DNA of 64,000 bases from Eledone cirrhosa. Taxonomy: Eukaryota. The position numbers were made by a program, and so were the translations under genes. The stretch spans positions 272,862,001 through 272,926,000 of the forward strand of contig OZ024740.1 of NCBI GenBank assembly GCA_964016885.1, in the 5' to 3' direction. Of this stretch, positions 1 through 14,250 are shown in pieces (positions within the stretch are counted from its first letter, which is position 1; each line of letters opens with the position of its first letter). The notes beneath the pieces are model-generated. The model was not told where the DNA came from and did not search any database. It saw only the letters and a list, made by a program, of their open reading frames with translations.

Positions 1-600
1 CAAATAAAAAATATATGTGATTGAAAATTTACCCGGACCCCTGGAAGGTTGGTAAAATCCAGCATTTGGGATTCTGCGACTCCTAAATCAAGTACTGTCC
101 GCTTACATAAATAATGTTAGGCTTCTGGTAAGATGATTGAACAAGGAAGCCGCTTTCTCAACAGGTTTTAGTTCAATGCTAATACAAGGACTGAATATTG
201 CTGATCCCACGTGGGGATCGGCAAGGGAGGCAACCCCTATATCAGGCGAATGAATTCAGTTGTGTATATTATTGCAAGAATGCAAAACATCACAAATCGA
301 ATAGAGTTCTCAACAGAGGGGTTAAAATTAACATAAGCTATTCATCATTCAATATAATCAACAATATATATATATATACAAATATAATTTCTGCGAGATC
401 GAATTTCAGGTGTGGTCGAAAACAAAGCGAAACGCAATATCCGAGTTATGCTAGCAAGCGCTCCATGGACCAAATAAAGACCAGAGCAATAAACATAGGT
501 TATAAAGGCCAAACAAACTGAGATGGCAGTCAAGAAGCCATCAACCACCTAAGCCGAAAAGACGAGGCAAGCCAAACAGGTCAAACAAAATAATTGAATA
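1..600. mobile_element. Penelope-like terminal repeat (pLTR) fragment; related to the inverted copy at 4755-4950
   Basis: 1-118 and ~500-595 match the reverse complement of 4755-4950 with divergence. A degenerate CTGA-GA..GGC..GCC-GAAA hammerhead-like trace lies at ~518-560. Confidence 0.5.
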
Positions 601-1149
601 TTTATGTAGTATGGTTGCTAGGATGCGCCCATAGGCGGTATGCCGGTTGAGCACTCTATGTTCCTTCGCAGCAGGGTATGATAATATGGAAAATATGGAA
701 AACAAAGAGTGATTCTTCGTTTTCCATATTATATATATATGTATATATATATATATTTGGTCGTTTTGGAAGCCTCAAAAATGCAGATGGGTAAGTCTCC
801 GGGTAACAGAATCCAGTGGTGAAGAGAGAGATGTAAGAGGAAATGTAGAATGACATGTATAGTGTGTAGAGGAACGTAGGAAAGAGCGTAAAAATAATAA
901 CACGAGATAGAGTTACCTTGGGAGAGATTTAATTGTCCCTAAATTTCGGATTTCGCATACATCAACTGGGGGGTTTTCCGAGGGGGAAAGTTATCTGTCG
1001 GAGAGGAACGGTACGTGGCCTCTGTTGTTCGCCGTTTGTGTGTAGCTCAGTTAATTTTTTAGCGGTGTAAGCGGCGTGGGCCACCACACAAACATATATT
1101 ATATACTGATGATACATGATAATAATTTATCTGTATTTGTTTTATATAA

Positions 1150-1560
1150 CACTGTCCTTGGGACTGGGTGTTTCAAATATGCTTCTCGGTTTCCAAATGT
1201 AGTTTGAAATGTTTGCAATATTTTCCAGCAGATGACGATAGGACAAGATTTGTGCAGATGCAGGTGACTCCTTAAAAGTAGCTATCTAAGCCCCATGTTG
1301 CTTTTTATGGGTTATCTGTGAAGACATAAGTCAGGTATACATTGTTTCTTTCTAGTAACAACCTTTAGGATTAAAGATTTTTCTTCCATATATTGCTTGT
1401 TACCTCCCTTTGTTTCGCGTCTTGCTGTAGTATTTTTGCTTCGTAGCGCATGAAACCATAACAAACTTGTAGTACATTTGTTCTGTTTAATAACTTGTGG
1501 ACTTTGTAGATGTTAAGGAAGGGTTTTCTGAATAGGGTTTAAATATTAGTTTCATAATAT
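1150..1560 (-). mobile_element. Decayed Penelope-like element ORF remnant (linker plus GIY-YIG endonuclease)
   Basis: Manual minus-strand translation across frameshifts gives KVHKLLNRTNVLQVCYGFM (cf. PLE HKIFNRNTVKVSYSCM), LERNNVYLTYV, ATFKE and ISNYIWK. These follow the order of the PLE GIY-YIG region. Confidence 0.55.
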
Positions 1561-1629
1561 AGTATGGGGGATTACATCATGTAACAATGTTACTTGCATT
1601 ATTTGTGTGAATGATGTATGGTAGTAAAT

Positions 1630-2250
1630 TAGTAGTACCATTAAAGCGTCGGACAATATCCTTGTCGGCATAACATTACGACACTACGTTCTGAGTTCAG
1701 ATCCAGCCGAAATTAGCCTCGCCTTTCATCCTTACGGGGTCGATAAAATAAAGTACCAATAATACACTGGAGTCGATTTAATCGATATCCCCTTTCCCCG
1801 AATATTGTTGGTCTTGTGCCTAAATCAGAAATCATTACTTGTGTGAATGTTGAAGGGTAATAAATCAGTAGTATCGGTAAAACGTCGGACATGCTTGGTG
1901 GCATAACATTACGGCCCTTTACATTCGCATTTCAAATCCTGCCGAAATTACCCTTGCCTTTCATCCTTACTGGGTTAATAAAGTACCAGTAACATACTGC
2001 GGTCGATTTAATCGACTTTCCGATTCCCTAAAAATATTGATGACCTTTTGCCTATATGAGAAACCATTATTGGGAGTATCGGTAGAGGGTCGGACGCCAT
2101 GCTTTCCAGCATAGTTACGTCCCTTTATGATCTGAGTTCAAATCCCGCCGAGGTTGACTTTACCTTTCATCCTTACGGGGTCGATAAAATAAAGTACCAG
2201 TAATGCACTGGGTGATTGCTGGCCTTGTGCCTAAAGTAGAAACAATTATT
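1630..2250 (+). mobile_element. Three tandem tRNA-derived SINE copies (family A)
   Basis: A-box-like TGGCAGTATCGGTAGAG, B-box GAGTTCAAATCC, central GCCTTTCATCCTTACGGGGTCGATAAAATAAAGTACCAG (resembles the Meta/MESC SINE domain as I recall it) and tail CTTGTGCCTAAA..AGAAACAATTATT. Copies at ~1630-1838, 1866-2070 and 2072-2250. Confidence 0.9.
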
Positions 2251-3536
2251 TGTATGAATGACAGTTAGTGTTTGTGTTTACCTTCTTATTTCTTGGTGCT
2301 GGCGATATTTTTGTGTATTGATACAGTACTCTGTAGTCTTGCTGAAGGGGCTTTCTGTGGCCTCTTCACTTGCTAATAATTATTGCAACGTACTTGATGA
2401 CGTTCGGTTTGTGGATAATTTTGTGTTGATAATCGATAGAATGGTATATGGTTTCTTGAAGGACTCATACATGTAAATAAGGATTTCTTTTAGTTCAAGC
2501 AGACTGCTAAATGCTTTTGCTCTGTAAATAATTCACATGCATATAATGGATACTTGCGGTTTTTTCCATACAGTATCGACTATCAAAGTTGTATTTGAAT
2601 CGACTATTGTAGACTTTAATATTTTAGCTCCATCACTGATGAAGCCTTCATTTCACTGTTGTGCTACAGAAATAATATGTAGAGAGACTGACTAATGACA
2701 CTAAAGAAATTACGTTTAATTCACAAGACATTTTCCTCTCACCGTTTTATATAATTAATCACGTAGTCTCGCTACACCAAAACATTTTCCATGGTAGTAT
2801 ACTTAATTCTCAGCAACACTGTAACGTAAAGTATTTATCTACACATATATCATAACCTTTTATTTACAAAGGTTCATTTTTGGATAGCTCTAGAGCTCAA
2901 GCAGCTCATTTAGTTTTAGAAGCACTAGTAAACGCGTATTGAATATTTCTTGCTCTTCTGTACACCATATACAAAGCCAAGCACAACAGCTAATAAACAG
3001 ATTACATCCCTCGCTGTGAAACCGCCATTATCTGTGTGTGTGTATTTGACTGGTAGAAAACAACGTGCTGTCTGGATAGATAACTTAATTCTATATAACT
3101 AGATTTTGATTTGTGTGTCGCTCAGATATATTTAATAAATTTTCTGTTTGAATTTTTTATGATTAATTTTCACACAATATAGAGCATGGAATCTATAGAT
3201 ATGATAGAAATGGTAGAGAAATCTCCATCACATTTTACATTCGTTAAACGATAGGATACATTAGATAATTTAGTTCTTGATATCCATAAAACGACGGAAT
3301 AGCCATGGCCGGAAAGCCTTTGATCAAAGGGAAGGTCTGGGAACTAACCTATAGCACGATATCTTTTCATGTTTTTTTTTTATACTTGACTATATCACTG
3401 TTTGAGGAAACTCTTTCTAGTGTTAGTTTCTATTTTACTAATATTTCTTTTGACTGCAATATAAGACAAACCAAACACACAAATATTAGAAGAAAAGCAG
3501 TTACAAAGTTTGATGTTTAGATATTAACGAAGAAAA

Positions 3537-3592
3537 GTGCGTATATTTGAGATGTGCGTATAGTTGAGATGTGAGTATAGTTGAGATGTGAG
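3537..3592 (+). repeat. 17-bp tandem repeat, ~3 copies
   Basis: GTG(C/A)GTATA(T/G)TTGAGAT repeated directly. Confidence 0.8.
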
Positions 3593-3764
3593 ATGACATT
3601 GAAAAATGGCTTAGTAACAGCTATGAAAGTAAGGATGGTCATTTATCAAGTATTCTTCTCATCACTTTGCATGGAATGTCTTACAACAATATCCATGATA
3701 ATGTAATTAACGTTAATGAGAAAGATAATGATGATTAGGATTATAAAGTGTTTCTAACGACCAT

Positions 3765-3930
3765 GAAGATGATGATAATGATGATGATGATGATTACGAT
3801 GGTGATTATAGAGTGCTTCTGACGATGATGAAGATGATGATAATGATGATGATGATGATTATGTTGATGATTATAATTATGATGAAGAGGATGATGATAA
3901 AGATGATGATGATGGTGGTGGTGGTGATGG
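3765..3930. repeat. Degenerate (GAT)n/(GGT)n microsatellite
   Basis: Visible directly. Confidence 0.85.
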
Positions 3931-4367
3931 TGTTAATTGCAGAGCTGATGTTGATAATAGAGATGTAGCTTATTGTTGCCGTGTTGATACTGTTGATGAT
4001 AATATTAATAGTAATATTGGTGTTATCGTTACGCAGTAAAGATAGCCGTATAAGAATGATGACCTAAAATAATTATAACACAACCAAATGAAATAATGAT
4101 AATAATCGATTTCAGAAATTTTAACTTATACATTTTTTTTCGGTTTGAATTGTTAATATTGGCCTTTACGGTGATTAGAGTTGAGAAACTTTCAGGAGAG
4201 CTGGACACCAGATCTTCAGTGAAGCAAGTGTTTCGGCACTTAACTTCTTGACAATTCTTACCATTAATCATGATAAAGACTAATATTTATTGTAAACGTT
4301 GATTAGTTTTAATATAAGTAAAATCATTTGGTAAAGAAATATGAATATTTCTGTTTTGTGTTATAGT

Positions 4368-4490
4368 AATAATTGTTTCTACTTTTGGCACAAGGCCAGC
4401 AATTATACCAGTGCATTACTGGTACTTTATTTTATCGACCCCGTAAGGATGAAAGGCAAGGTTACCCTCGGCGGGATTTGAACTCAGTAA
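4368..4490 (-). mobile_element. SINE family A, 5'-truncated
   Basis: Reverse complement of the tail, central domain and B-box. Confidence 0.9.
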
Positions 4491-4548
4491 TAATATTATT
4501 GTTTTAGTTACCTAACATATTCAAGGATTTATTCGAAATATTTTGTTT

Positions 4549-4615
<67 letters not shown>

Positions 4616-4703
4616 TGTACATGCATATACTGACAGGAGTTTCCGTAGAATAGATAAAGAATAGATAAAGGAGAAAGAATGCTCTGCGTTAAGTACACGT
4701 ATG

Positions 4704-4754
<51 letters not shown>

Positions 4755-4756
<2 letters not shown>

Positions 4757-4950
4757 TATTTGTTTAAGCAGACAGTACTTGATTTAGGAGTTGCAGAAAC
4801 CCCATATTGGATTTTACCACCGTTTCCGAGATGGTCCGAGTAAATTTTTCAATCATATTTTATTATTTGTTTGACCCGAATAACTTGCTCGCTTCTATGG
4901 CTTTGCGGTTAATGATTTAACCATCGTCTCAGTGTGTTTGGCCTTTTTAA
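4755..4950. mobile_element. Penelope-like pLTR fragment next to (TA)n, with a degenerate hammerhead trace (minus strand, ~4895-4936)
   Basis: The minus strand reads CTGAGACGA-T-GGTTAA-atca-TTAACC-GCAAAG. It is an inverted homolog of 1-118 and 500-595. Confidence 0.5.
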
Positions 4951-5070
4951 CGTAAATTTATTTCTCTAGTTCAGTAGTACCTATTGAGCGCTTGCCACAC
5001 ATTTCGGAAGTTGTTTTTCGCTAATTTCCAATAGCCGAAATGCGATTCTCGGTAATTTATATTTGTATAT

Positions 5071-5134
<64 letters not shown>

Positions 5135-5137
<3 letters not shown>

Positions 5138-5323
5138 GAAGGAAATGTGGTAAGGAACCAAGTGGACCATAACGCACCAAATTAGTCAATACTTAGAGTA
5201 GTAGAGTGGGTAATAGGAATCAGTAGGACCCCGACGGCTGAGCTCAAGCCGTTTCGACGGCTAATTCTGGACAGAATTAGCCGTCGAAACGGCTTGAGTT
5301 CAGCCGTCGGGGTCCTACTCGTT

Positions 5324-5328
<5 letters not shown>
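5135..5328. mobile_element. (TA)n-embedded fold-back repeat, family P1 (probable PLE terminus)
   Basis: The same sequence recurs at 35519, 41674 and 49586. It has an internal inverted repeat at 5213-5328 and (TA)n on both flanks. Confidence 0.75.
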
Positions 5329-5365
<37 letters not shown>

Positions 5366-5395
5366 TGTGTGTATGTGTGTGTGTATGTGTGTGTG

Positions 5396-5441
<46 letters not shown>

Positions 5442-5503
5442 CGCGCGTATGTGTGTGTATGTGCGTGTGTGTGTGTGCGTGCGTGCGTGCGCGTGTGCGT
5501 GTA
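5329..5503. repeat. (TA)n-(TG)n compound microsatellite
   Basis: Visible directly. Confidence 0.95.
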
Positions 5504-6826
5504 TGGCCATTCGATCTGCTCAATGTATTATTTGAATATTTTTCAACGAATTCTGCGGTATTAATTTTAACGCAGATTTTGATCATGATAATGGGATGAT
5601 AATTCTATGGGTGGTATTGCTCATGATGACACTGACTGATCAACCGGAGGCATTATAATACATCATTTATGTTAGAGACGGACTTCCCAAACCTTTCTGT
5701 CAGTAAAAATGAACATATATGCTGACTCTTAAACATCTAATAATATATAAATATTTTTGTTTAACGAATTTGAAAAGTAAAAGTTGAATATTAAAGTTGA
5801 ATATTAAAAAGTATCAAATATATATTCAAATAGAGAGAAAGTGACCTCCAACTAACATACCGTCCGCCTCTTGGTCCCACAGGATGGAGAATATATTACC
5901 CCGAGGATGGTGAAGGAGATGCGCTGGAACAGTCACTCCACCTCATGGGACTCGCACCCACAGACGGCTAATTCGTCTTCAATAGCAGTGACTAGGGATG
6001 TGGTCCAGGGGGCTATGAACACCGGAAGTCTTCAGGCTCTATCATGAAGTTTAAAAAGTTAATGGTAGAAATCCTATTCTTTAAAATGTCGTCCGCCTCT
6101 TTGTCACGGCCGACAGGTTAGAAAAGACATTGCCCCGGAGAATAACATATTAAAATAAAAATATAGGACGGTCCCTGCTAGAACACGATTAATCATATCT
6201 TCTCTTAATTACACCTGACACACTGACCTTATTAGCAACTACAACATTTAAGAGCTACTCAACTATATCAATTATTCGATTTCCACTTAGACTTTCATAA
6301 AGTCATCCAATACCTAGATATCCTTTTACAAACATTTTCTTTGTTATGTCTAGTAAAGGAAAAACTATTTACTATAGACAGAACAGGAAAAGAGTTCGAT
6401 CTATTATATCCCCGCTACAGTAGTTGACAAATAGTTTAATATGGGTTTATATATACTCCTCTTGTTGCAGTGAAGTGGGAGAGTGTGTCCGTGATACATA
6501 TACACCAGGTCCGAACACAAATGAACCAAACTCTCACTGTCACTACCTCCGTCTCCCCCGCTCTTCCCATCTATCACTATTATGTGGAAATCAGAGCCCA
6601 CGCGCTGGCTGCCGCACGCCCTTGGTGAACTGGCAGCCCCCCCCCCCCCCCGTGGCCCCCACCGGAGAGCATAGATAAAGACGTTTCCCAATGGATGGTG
6701 AGGGAGACACGGTGGGGAGACCCATTCCAGCTCGTGAGGCTCATACCTTTGCATAGCCAACTCTGGTAATAACTAGTAGTTATTTTAGCAAACAGTGAGG
6801 AAACATGATTCTCCTACTGAATCCCC

Positions 6827-6886
6827 TTCTTCTTCTTCTTCTTCTTCTTCTTCTTCTTCTTCTTCTTCTTCTTCTTCTTCTTCTTT
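6827..6886. repeat. (TTC)n microsatellite
   Basis: Visible directly. Confidence 0.95.
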
Positions 6887-7049
6887 TCCGGCTTTCCTAC
6901 GTTTCTGCTTCCATTTCTATGATTGAACGCTTCCACATACTTTTCGATATGCACATGTATTCGTAAAGTGCGCGTGCGCACTCAGAGCTATTGTGTGTTT
7001 TTGTGAGGAAGCATATGTGCCTATGTGTTCGCATATGACTATAACTGTG

Positions 7050-7072
7050 TGTATTTGTGTATGTGTATGTGC

Positions 7073-7156
<84 letters not shown>

Positions 7157-7244
7157 CCATTTATGTATGTATGTATGTTCATATATAGTCATATGTGTCT
7201 ATATCTCTGTATGTACGCATGTATCTTTTCTCTGTACGTGTTTA

Positions 7245-7290
<46 letters not shown>

Positions 7291-7291
7291 A

Positions 7292-7349
<58 letters not shown>

Positions 7350-7418
7350 GTTTCCATATATATCTCTGTTTGTGTATGTATGTATGTGTGTTTATATGTG
7401 TGCCAGTGGGCACGTGTT

Positions 7419-7504
<86 letters not shown>
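7050..7504. repeat. (TA)n/(TG)n compound microsatellite
   Basis: Visible directly. Confidence 0.95.
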
Positions 7505-7508
<4 letters not shown>

Positions 7509-7919
7509 TATACTTGGCGGTTTGGGTGTCAGTCGGTTTTTCTCAATTTCATTTCATTTTAATTATTCTGGAGATATTTTGTAAATAAAGCGATAAGCCA
7601 TGTGTAAAGTTGAGATGAAAATTAGGAAATTTTTAGCTTGAGGTTATATGAAAACAGGCAGAGTTAATAATAAAGAAATATAATAAAAATAATGGTAATA
7701 ATGTATAAATAATAATGATAATAAAAAATAAAAATAATAATAATATATATAATCAATATAAAACCACAACGATGACGTTAAAGAAAACGTAAGATGATAG
7801 AGTTAACAAAAAAAAAAAAATAATAATAACACAAAAAGATCTTTGTGTATTGCGTAGACAGTAAGCAATAACATGCTTCAGGTGTTACAATTATGTTCTC
7901 CATTATAAATTACTATCTC

Positions 7920-8188
7920 TGATGATGATAGTGATGATGATGATGATGGTTATAGTGAGGGCGGTGGTGGCGGCGGCGGTGGTGACGACATGTTGTAGGT
8001 GGTAATGATGATGATGATGATGATGATGTTGGTAGCATTGACGGTGTTCACGGCGGTGATGTTGACGGTGTTGACGGTGATGGCGATGGCGATGGCGAAG
8101 GCGAGGGCGATGGCGGTTGGTGAAAGTGATGATGCTAATGATGGTGGCAATGCTGATGACGATGAGGATGGTGAAGGTGATGATGCTA

Positions 8189-8220
<32 letters not shown>

Positions 8221-8390
8221 GATGATGATGAAGGTGGTGATGATGATGAGGATGATGATGATAATGATGACGATGGTGAAGTTGATGATGCTAATGATGG
8301 TGACAATGGTGATGATGATGAGGATGGTGATGATAATGATGATGATACTGATGATGATGGTGACAATGATGGTGATGATGGTGACGAGGA
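7920..8390. repeat. Degenerate (GAT)n/(GGT)n trinucleotide region
   Basis: Visible directly. It produces the spurious poly-D/poly-M/poly-S ORFs. Confidence 0.9.
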
Positions 8391-8454
8391 AAATTTGAAG
8401 GGATTGCTTGTGATGGTAATGTTGTTGGTTTAAATGGCTGATGAGGTGTTAAAA

Positions 8455-8645
8455 TAATTGTTTCTACTTTTGGTACAAGGCCAGCAATCTCAGTACATTA
8501 CTGGTACTTTATTTGATCGACCCTGTAAGGATGAAAGGCAAAGTTAACCTGGACAGTATTTGAACTTAAAACCGTAAAGGGCCATAACTGTATAATACAA
8601 AGAATGGTGTCCATCCCTCTATCGATACTGCCAATCCACCGCCCT
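8455..8645 (-). mobile_element. SINE family A
   Basis: Full-length diverged reverse-complement copy. Confidence 0.85.
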
Positions 8646-8920
8646 TGAGGTGTTAAAATAATGACAATGATAACGATAATCACGTCTTATGTAAGGATTA
8701 TTTATCAAAGATATACTTGAGGAAGGGTCTTGTTTAAATTGTAATGGTCGCTATTACTGACAGAAATAACAGCATCAAATTACAATGCTCATGATATATC
8801 ATTGGCATTGAATAATTTTAGTGGTAAATGTAGAATGACTGAAAAAAATGACTTATGGAGGCTAAGGCTTGATTAACTTTTTTATAATAATAACAGTAAG
8901 CAAAATATATTAAAAAAATG

Positions 8921-9160
8921 TCGTCGAGTGTGGTCTAGGGGTAAGGGTGTTGGACCTACGATCATAATGTCGTGCGTTCGATTGTTGTGTGTTGCGCCCT
9001 TGAGCAAAACACTTCATTTTTACGTTATTACTGTACACTCAACTGAAAATGTGAACCAGCAATAGCTGGGGGGGGGGGACTCTAGCCATGTCCAGGGGAA
9101 AGCCCTGTAATCTCACTCGCCATGAAAACCGGGATAAGCACCGGCCTGATGAGCTCCTGG
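8921..9160 (+). mobile_element. tRNA-derived CORE-type SINE (family B)
   Basis: A-box GTGTGGTCTAGGGGTAAG, B-box GTTCGATT, CORE-like GCCCTTGAGCAAAACACTTCATTTT..CACTCAACTGAAAATG, and tail AAACCGGGATAAGCACCGGCCTGATGAGC. Confidence 0.7.
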
Positions 9161-9504
9161 ATTTGACACAAAGTTTAGAAACCATCTAAATATAAAGAAT
9201 TCCTATATGAAACTTAGATACGTGGTATGAGATGCCAAAGCGCGAACGTATGCGCCAAATAACAAGATTCTATTGCATGGTCTCGCGAGATCCCTAAAAA
9301 TAATAGTTAAATCTCCATCCAATTACACCCTACCGTCTCAAAATAAAAAAGAAAAAAAAGTGCACAGTATAATTCCGGAAATAGGAATGGATATAATAAG
9401 CAATATACCTCTGCGAGGACAGCTCTAGCCTAGAAATATTCATCAATCTGGAAAGCTGACTGAAAATGTTTCAGGTGATTTCTTTATAAAGCACACTTTT
9501 TCAT

Positions 9505-9680
9505 ACAATACATTCTGATTTAGGCACAAGGCTAGCAAATTTGGGGAGGGAAAAGCCGATTAAATCGACCACAGTCCGCGACTGGTACTTTATTTTATCG
9601 ACCCCGTAAGCAATAAAGGCAAAGATAACTTTGGTGGGATTTGAACTCAGAACGCAAAGTGCCGTAATTCTAAAATATAA
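9505..9680 (-). mobile_element. SINE family A (long form)
   Basis: Reverse-complement central domain and B-box. Confidence 0.85.
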
Positions 9681-9899
9681 AGCAGTCCTGAGCAACCTGC
9701 GGTCCACGATGTTTTCTGAATAGTTCGACTAAGTCACCTAAGTATAATCTTTCCGATTTTTCTTACCCCAACTCTTCAGTCGGAATCTATCTATCTGTCA
9801 TTTTTACGATCGAGGAAAACAACGTGTACGAATTCTGAAGAAACAAATCAAAACAACCTGAGTTACCGCCCCTTTTTTTAATGAGGACACGAATGTAAA

Positions 9900-9975
9900 T
9901 TAGCGCTTGCGGCCCGCTTGATGATGAGCCATATCTCATGCGGCCCGCTTCTTGAAAAAGATCGCCGATGTTGTC
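9900..9975. mobile_element. Possible hAT-Charlie-type terminal fragment
   Basis: Duplicated TGCGGCCCGC followed by AAAAAGATCGCCGA, resembling hAT subterminal ends. Confidence 0.35.
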
Positions 9976-10294
9976 CAAGGCTTTCTCTAAACTGCCAATC
10001 CACCACCCTTTCTCCCCGCAAAGTAATGGGGAGAAATCAATGTGGAAGCTTTACTTACTCGAAATAGCAGATGTGCCGACCTCATATCATGTCATACAGT
10101 CTTTAAAACGACAAGGAATAGTTACTATAACGCAGTTGTGGCATAATCTATTCGTTATGTCAGAAAAATACGCGAAAAACAAAATAAAAAAAAACAGCTG
10201 CATTTTTAGCACTGGAGTACCCTGTATCATAGATCTATTCCATCAGGAATAACAATATCTTTTTCGTCTATTTCTCTATCACATATGTACGTAC

Positions 10295-10361
10295 GCACAC
10301 CCACACATTCACACACACGCACACATATCCACCTACACACACATACACACACAAACAGACA

Positions 10362-10447
<86 letters not shown>

Positions 10448-10450
10448 CAC
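10295..10450. repeat. (CA)n microsatellite
   Basis: Visible directly. Confidence 0.95.
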
Positions 10451-10682
10451 ATGTATATTATTACACATACAAAATGGTGTACATACAAAAATTGCATCAA
10501 ATGTAATTTCGTATTTATGCATTATGAAGCGTACCATTTGCCAAGATTGATTTAGAGCTTTTCCACACCACAAAGCATATTACCGATTTATGCGGAAGCA
10601 CTTCATAGTTTTATTAAATACTATCACATATAACTCACATATGATGGAAAGAAAATATCTTAAAAGCAAGCAAAACGTAAAT

Positions 10683-11125
10683 AATAATTGTTTCTACGTT
10701 AGGCACAAGGCCAGCAATTACCCAGTGCATTACTGGTACTTTATTTTATCGACCCCGTAAGGATGAAAGGCAAAGTTAACCTCGGCGGGATTTGAACTCA
10801 GAATGGCAAGGGCCGTAACTCTATGCGTCAAAGCATGGCGTCCGACCCTCTACCAATACTGCCAATCCACCGCCATTAAAACGTAAATAATAATGACGCC
10901 AATGATGATGATGATGATGACGACATCAATAATAATAATAATTGTTTCTATTTTTGGCACAAGGCCAGCAATTATCCCAATGTATTACTGGTACTTTATT
11001 TTATTGTCCTCGTAAGGATGAAAGGCAAAGTTAACCTCGGTGGGATTTGAAATCAGACCGTAAAGGGACGTAACTGTATGTTGCAAAGCATAGCGTCCGA
11101 CCCTCTACCGATACTGCCAATCCAC
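10683..11125 (-). mobile_element. Two SINE family A copies (10683-10873, 10936-11125)
   Basis: Near-consensus reverse-complement copies of the short form. Confidence 0.92.
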
Positions 11126-11127
11126 TA

Positions 11128-11243
11128 CAATAATAATAATGAGAATGATGATGGTCGTAATGATGATGATGATGATGATGACGAAGACGACGATGATGAT
11201 GATGATAGAGGTGGTGGTGGTGACGATGATGATGATGATAATA

Positions 11244-11290
<47 letters not shown>
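11128..11290. repeat. (GAT)n microsatellite
   Basis: Visible directly. Confidence 0.95.
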
Positions 11291-11293
<3 letters not shown>

Positions 11294-12419
11294 TCTTTAT
11301 TTCATTAGTTGGATTAGCCAGGGTTATTTTACACAAGAAATAGAAACGTGTGGAGATAGGTTCTTTATAAAGTTCTGTAAAACGTTAGGGAAGTCTCAGT
11401 AACGTTATACGATAAGTAGAGATATTTCAAAATGTGATATTATTCAAATAGAATAAATGGTTAATTACGCGTGACCGCACATTAATAAAAAGTTTATAAT
11501 TTAAGATATAAAACATAGAAAAACGCAAGTAGTCTAAAATCACATGGAGAATAACCTATCAGCAATGGTAGACCAGAACAGTCCACGATACTGGCTATCC
11601 ACCTCTCCTTGAAGCTGCTATATTCTTTGGCGTTGGTGTAAGAGGTGGGATGAATGACAAAATAAAGAGGAAACCCACGAGGAAAGCTTTCTCCACGAAA
11701 GAACTATAGATCCTTTTAAGAAAAGTACATATCGTTAAGATGTTCAAATGCAATAACGCATATTTTGCATACGAGTTACCTTAAATAGACCTGCGCTCAC
11801 AATGTAGAGAATCATCCACTTCTATACTCCCGTAATATTAATTGGTATTAGATATCCAATCATAAGCTATTGATAATATGAATATTAATTCCCTCATGAT
11901 AAATCAATAGTGAAACTAATATTTTTTCCTATATGATAAATTGATAGTAATGGTAATTTTACGACTTCTGTCAATATTATACTATTAGTATCTTGTCCTA
12001 TTTGATAAGTATTAATATATAGTACATATTAATATCCAGTCTGCCATGATAAATTAGTCATGATGATACTCTATGATATATTAAATATAATAGTAATGTT
12101 ACAATCACGCTAAATTTATGAAGGCAGTGCGGATATCCTTCTCTCTTGTGTTGATTATTTCGTTAGGCTGGCTGCGGTGGCTGTGGGTTATTAAATTATT
12201 AGTTTAGAGCGGTATATAGGACATACCACCACAGCCTGCGATATCAATATTTCCAACACAAACACCAGCATCACGATACTCGTTTTAACTCCTATTCACC
12301 ACGACTGTCCCCATCATTAATAAATATAAATTTCTATATTCATTATATTCTTGTGATAAGATATACTTTGGGAGGGTCATGCAGCCATTAAAAATAAACG
12401 TACTATGCGATGGAAGAAA

Positions 12420-12556
12420 TGTTGTATTGGTTGAACATCAGACGACATGCTTTGCGGGGTCGATCAAATACAGCATCAGTAACGCACTGGGGTTGATTTA
12501 ATCGACTCCCGCTCCGCCAAAATTGATACCCTTGTGTCTAAATCCGAAACCATTGT
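12420..12556 (+). mobile_element. Degenerate, internally deleted SINE family A
   Basis: GGGGTCGATCAAATA..GCACTGGGGTTGATTTAATCGAC..CTTGTGTCTAAATCCGAAACCATT. Confidence 0.7.
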
Positions 12557-13659
12557 ATTTGCATCAACACTAATAGAAAATAAAAAAAACACACAAAAAC
12601 TAAACATATTCCTTTATTTTGTTACTTTTTTTCAGTCATTTCTCATTGTCCTGTGTCACCAAGTTAAAAGAATTTGTCCATTATATTGAGGTCAGCACTT
12701 TATCTTAAACATGTTTTATCGACCATGAAAGAATGAAAGGCTAATGTTACTAGATAATGGTTTCCTTTTGTTTTGGAAGGGACGTCAGGTTTAAAATACA
12801 CCTAGAAAAAATCAATCCGCAGAGAATCGCAGATATAGGGAGTAAGGAAAGTTGCAGTAATAGAGAAAAATTATTTTAATTGTATAATAAAACAGCTTTT
12901 ATGAAAGGACCCACAGAACAAATACTGCTAAGGACTTGTCCGACGATCTAACGAAACTCAAATTCCACCGCCTCTTCCTAAACCAAAATAACAACAAATA
13001 TAGCAACGAAACACGGCAGCAGAATTAGCACTATCAACAACACGGAGGCATTAACATAACCACCACCACTACCATCACAACCACCAGCACCAGAAACACC
13101 AGCACCACCACAACCACCACCACCACCACCACCATCATCATCATCACCACAGCAACACAGTAAGAAAAAACAAAAGCAACAACAGCCACATTAATAGCAA
13201 CACTTGATTAACGCTACATTTCAACTAATCAAGAGAAGACTTGATTTTCAAGTATGTTTAAAACCCTTTTATCTTGGATAAGTTAGTGTTCGGATGATAT
13301 TTATTTTAGCAAAGATGTTGGTGATGGTGCTGCAACTAATGTTGATGATTAAAATGTCAAGGAAGATGCACGCTTGTGGTGACTGTGGGTTGGGTTCATA
13401 GTAAAGGAAAGGAAGTTGATTTTCTTTTCTTTTTATGAGTGTCTAAATACATTTTATTGCCATAAAAATGTTGTCAATGTAATTCCTGTGCATATTTCCA
13501 ATAACATTATATCACATAATCAAAATTTATGATGAAAACCTTTCATATGTGCAAAATATTCAGTTATTGACCATCTCATTGTTTGCTAAACATCATACAC
13601 ACACATAAATTAATACATACATGCATACATACATGCATAAATAAATGCGTACATACATA

Positions 13660-14250
<591 letters not shown>

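Noticed and set aside
198-521. 107-aa ORF
   Set aside because: It has a non-ATG start, crosses a TA run, has no recognisable motif and lies within repeat-derived sequence.
4195-4245. Minus-strand GCCGAAAC...CTGAAGA as a permuted hammerhead
   Set aside because: The required stems do not pair.
6404-6760. GC-rich ORFs near 6.4-6.8 kb
   Set aside because: They may be LINE debris, but no motif is strong enough to name a family or gene.
7950-8433. Poly-Asp/Ser/Met ORFs (also 11031-11402, 14461-14735, 57457-58035, 60248-61182)
   Set aside because: These are stop-free trinucleotide repeats open in several frames, with no domain content or splice support.
9140-9165. CCTGATGAG as a hammerhead core
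   Set aside because: No stem II or GAAA follows. It is the normal 3' tail of the CORE-type SINE.
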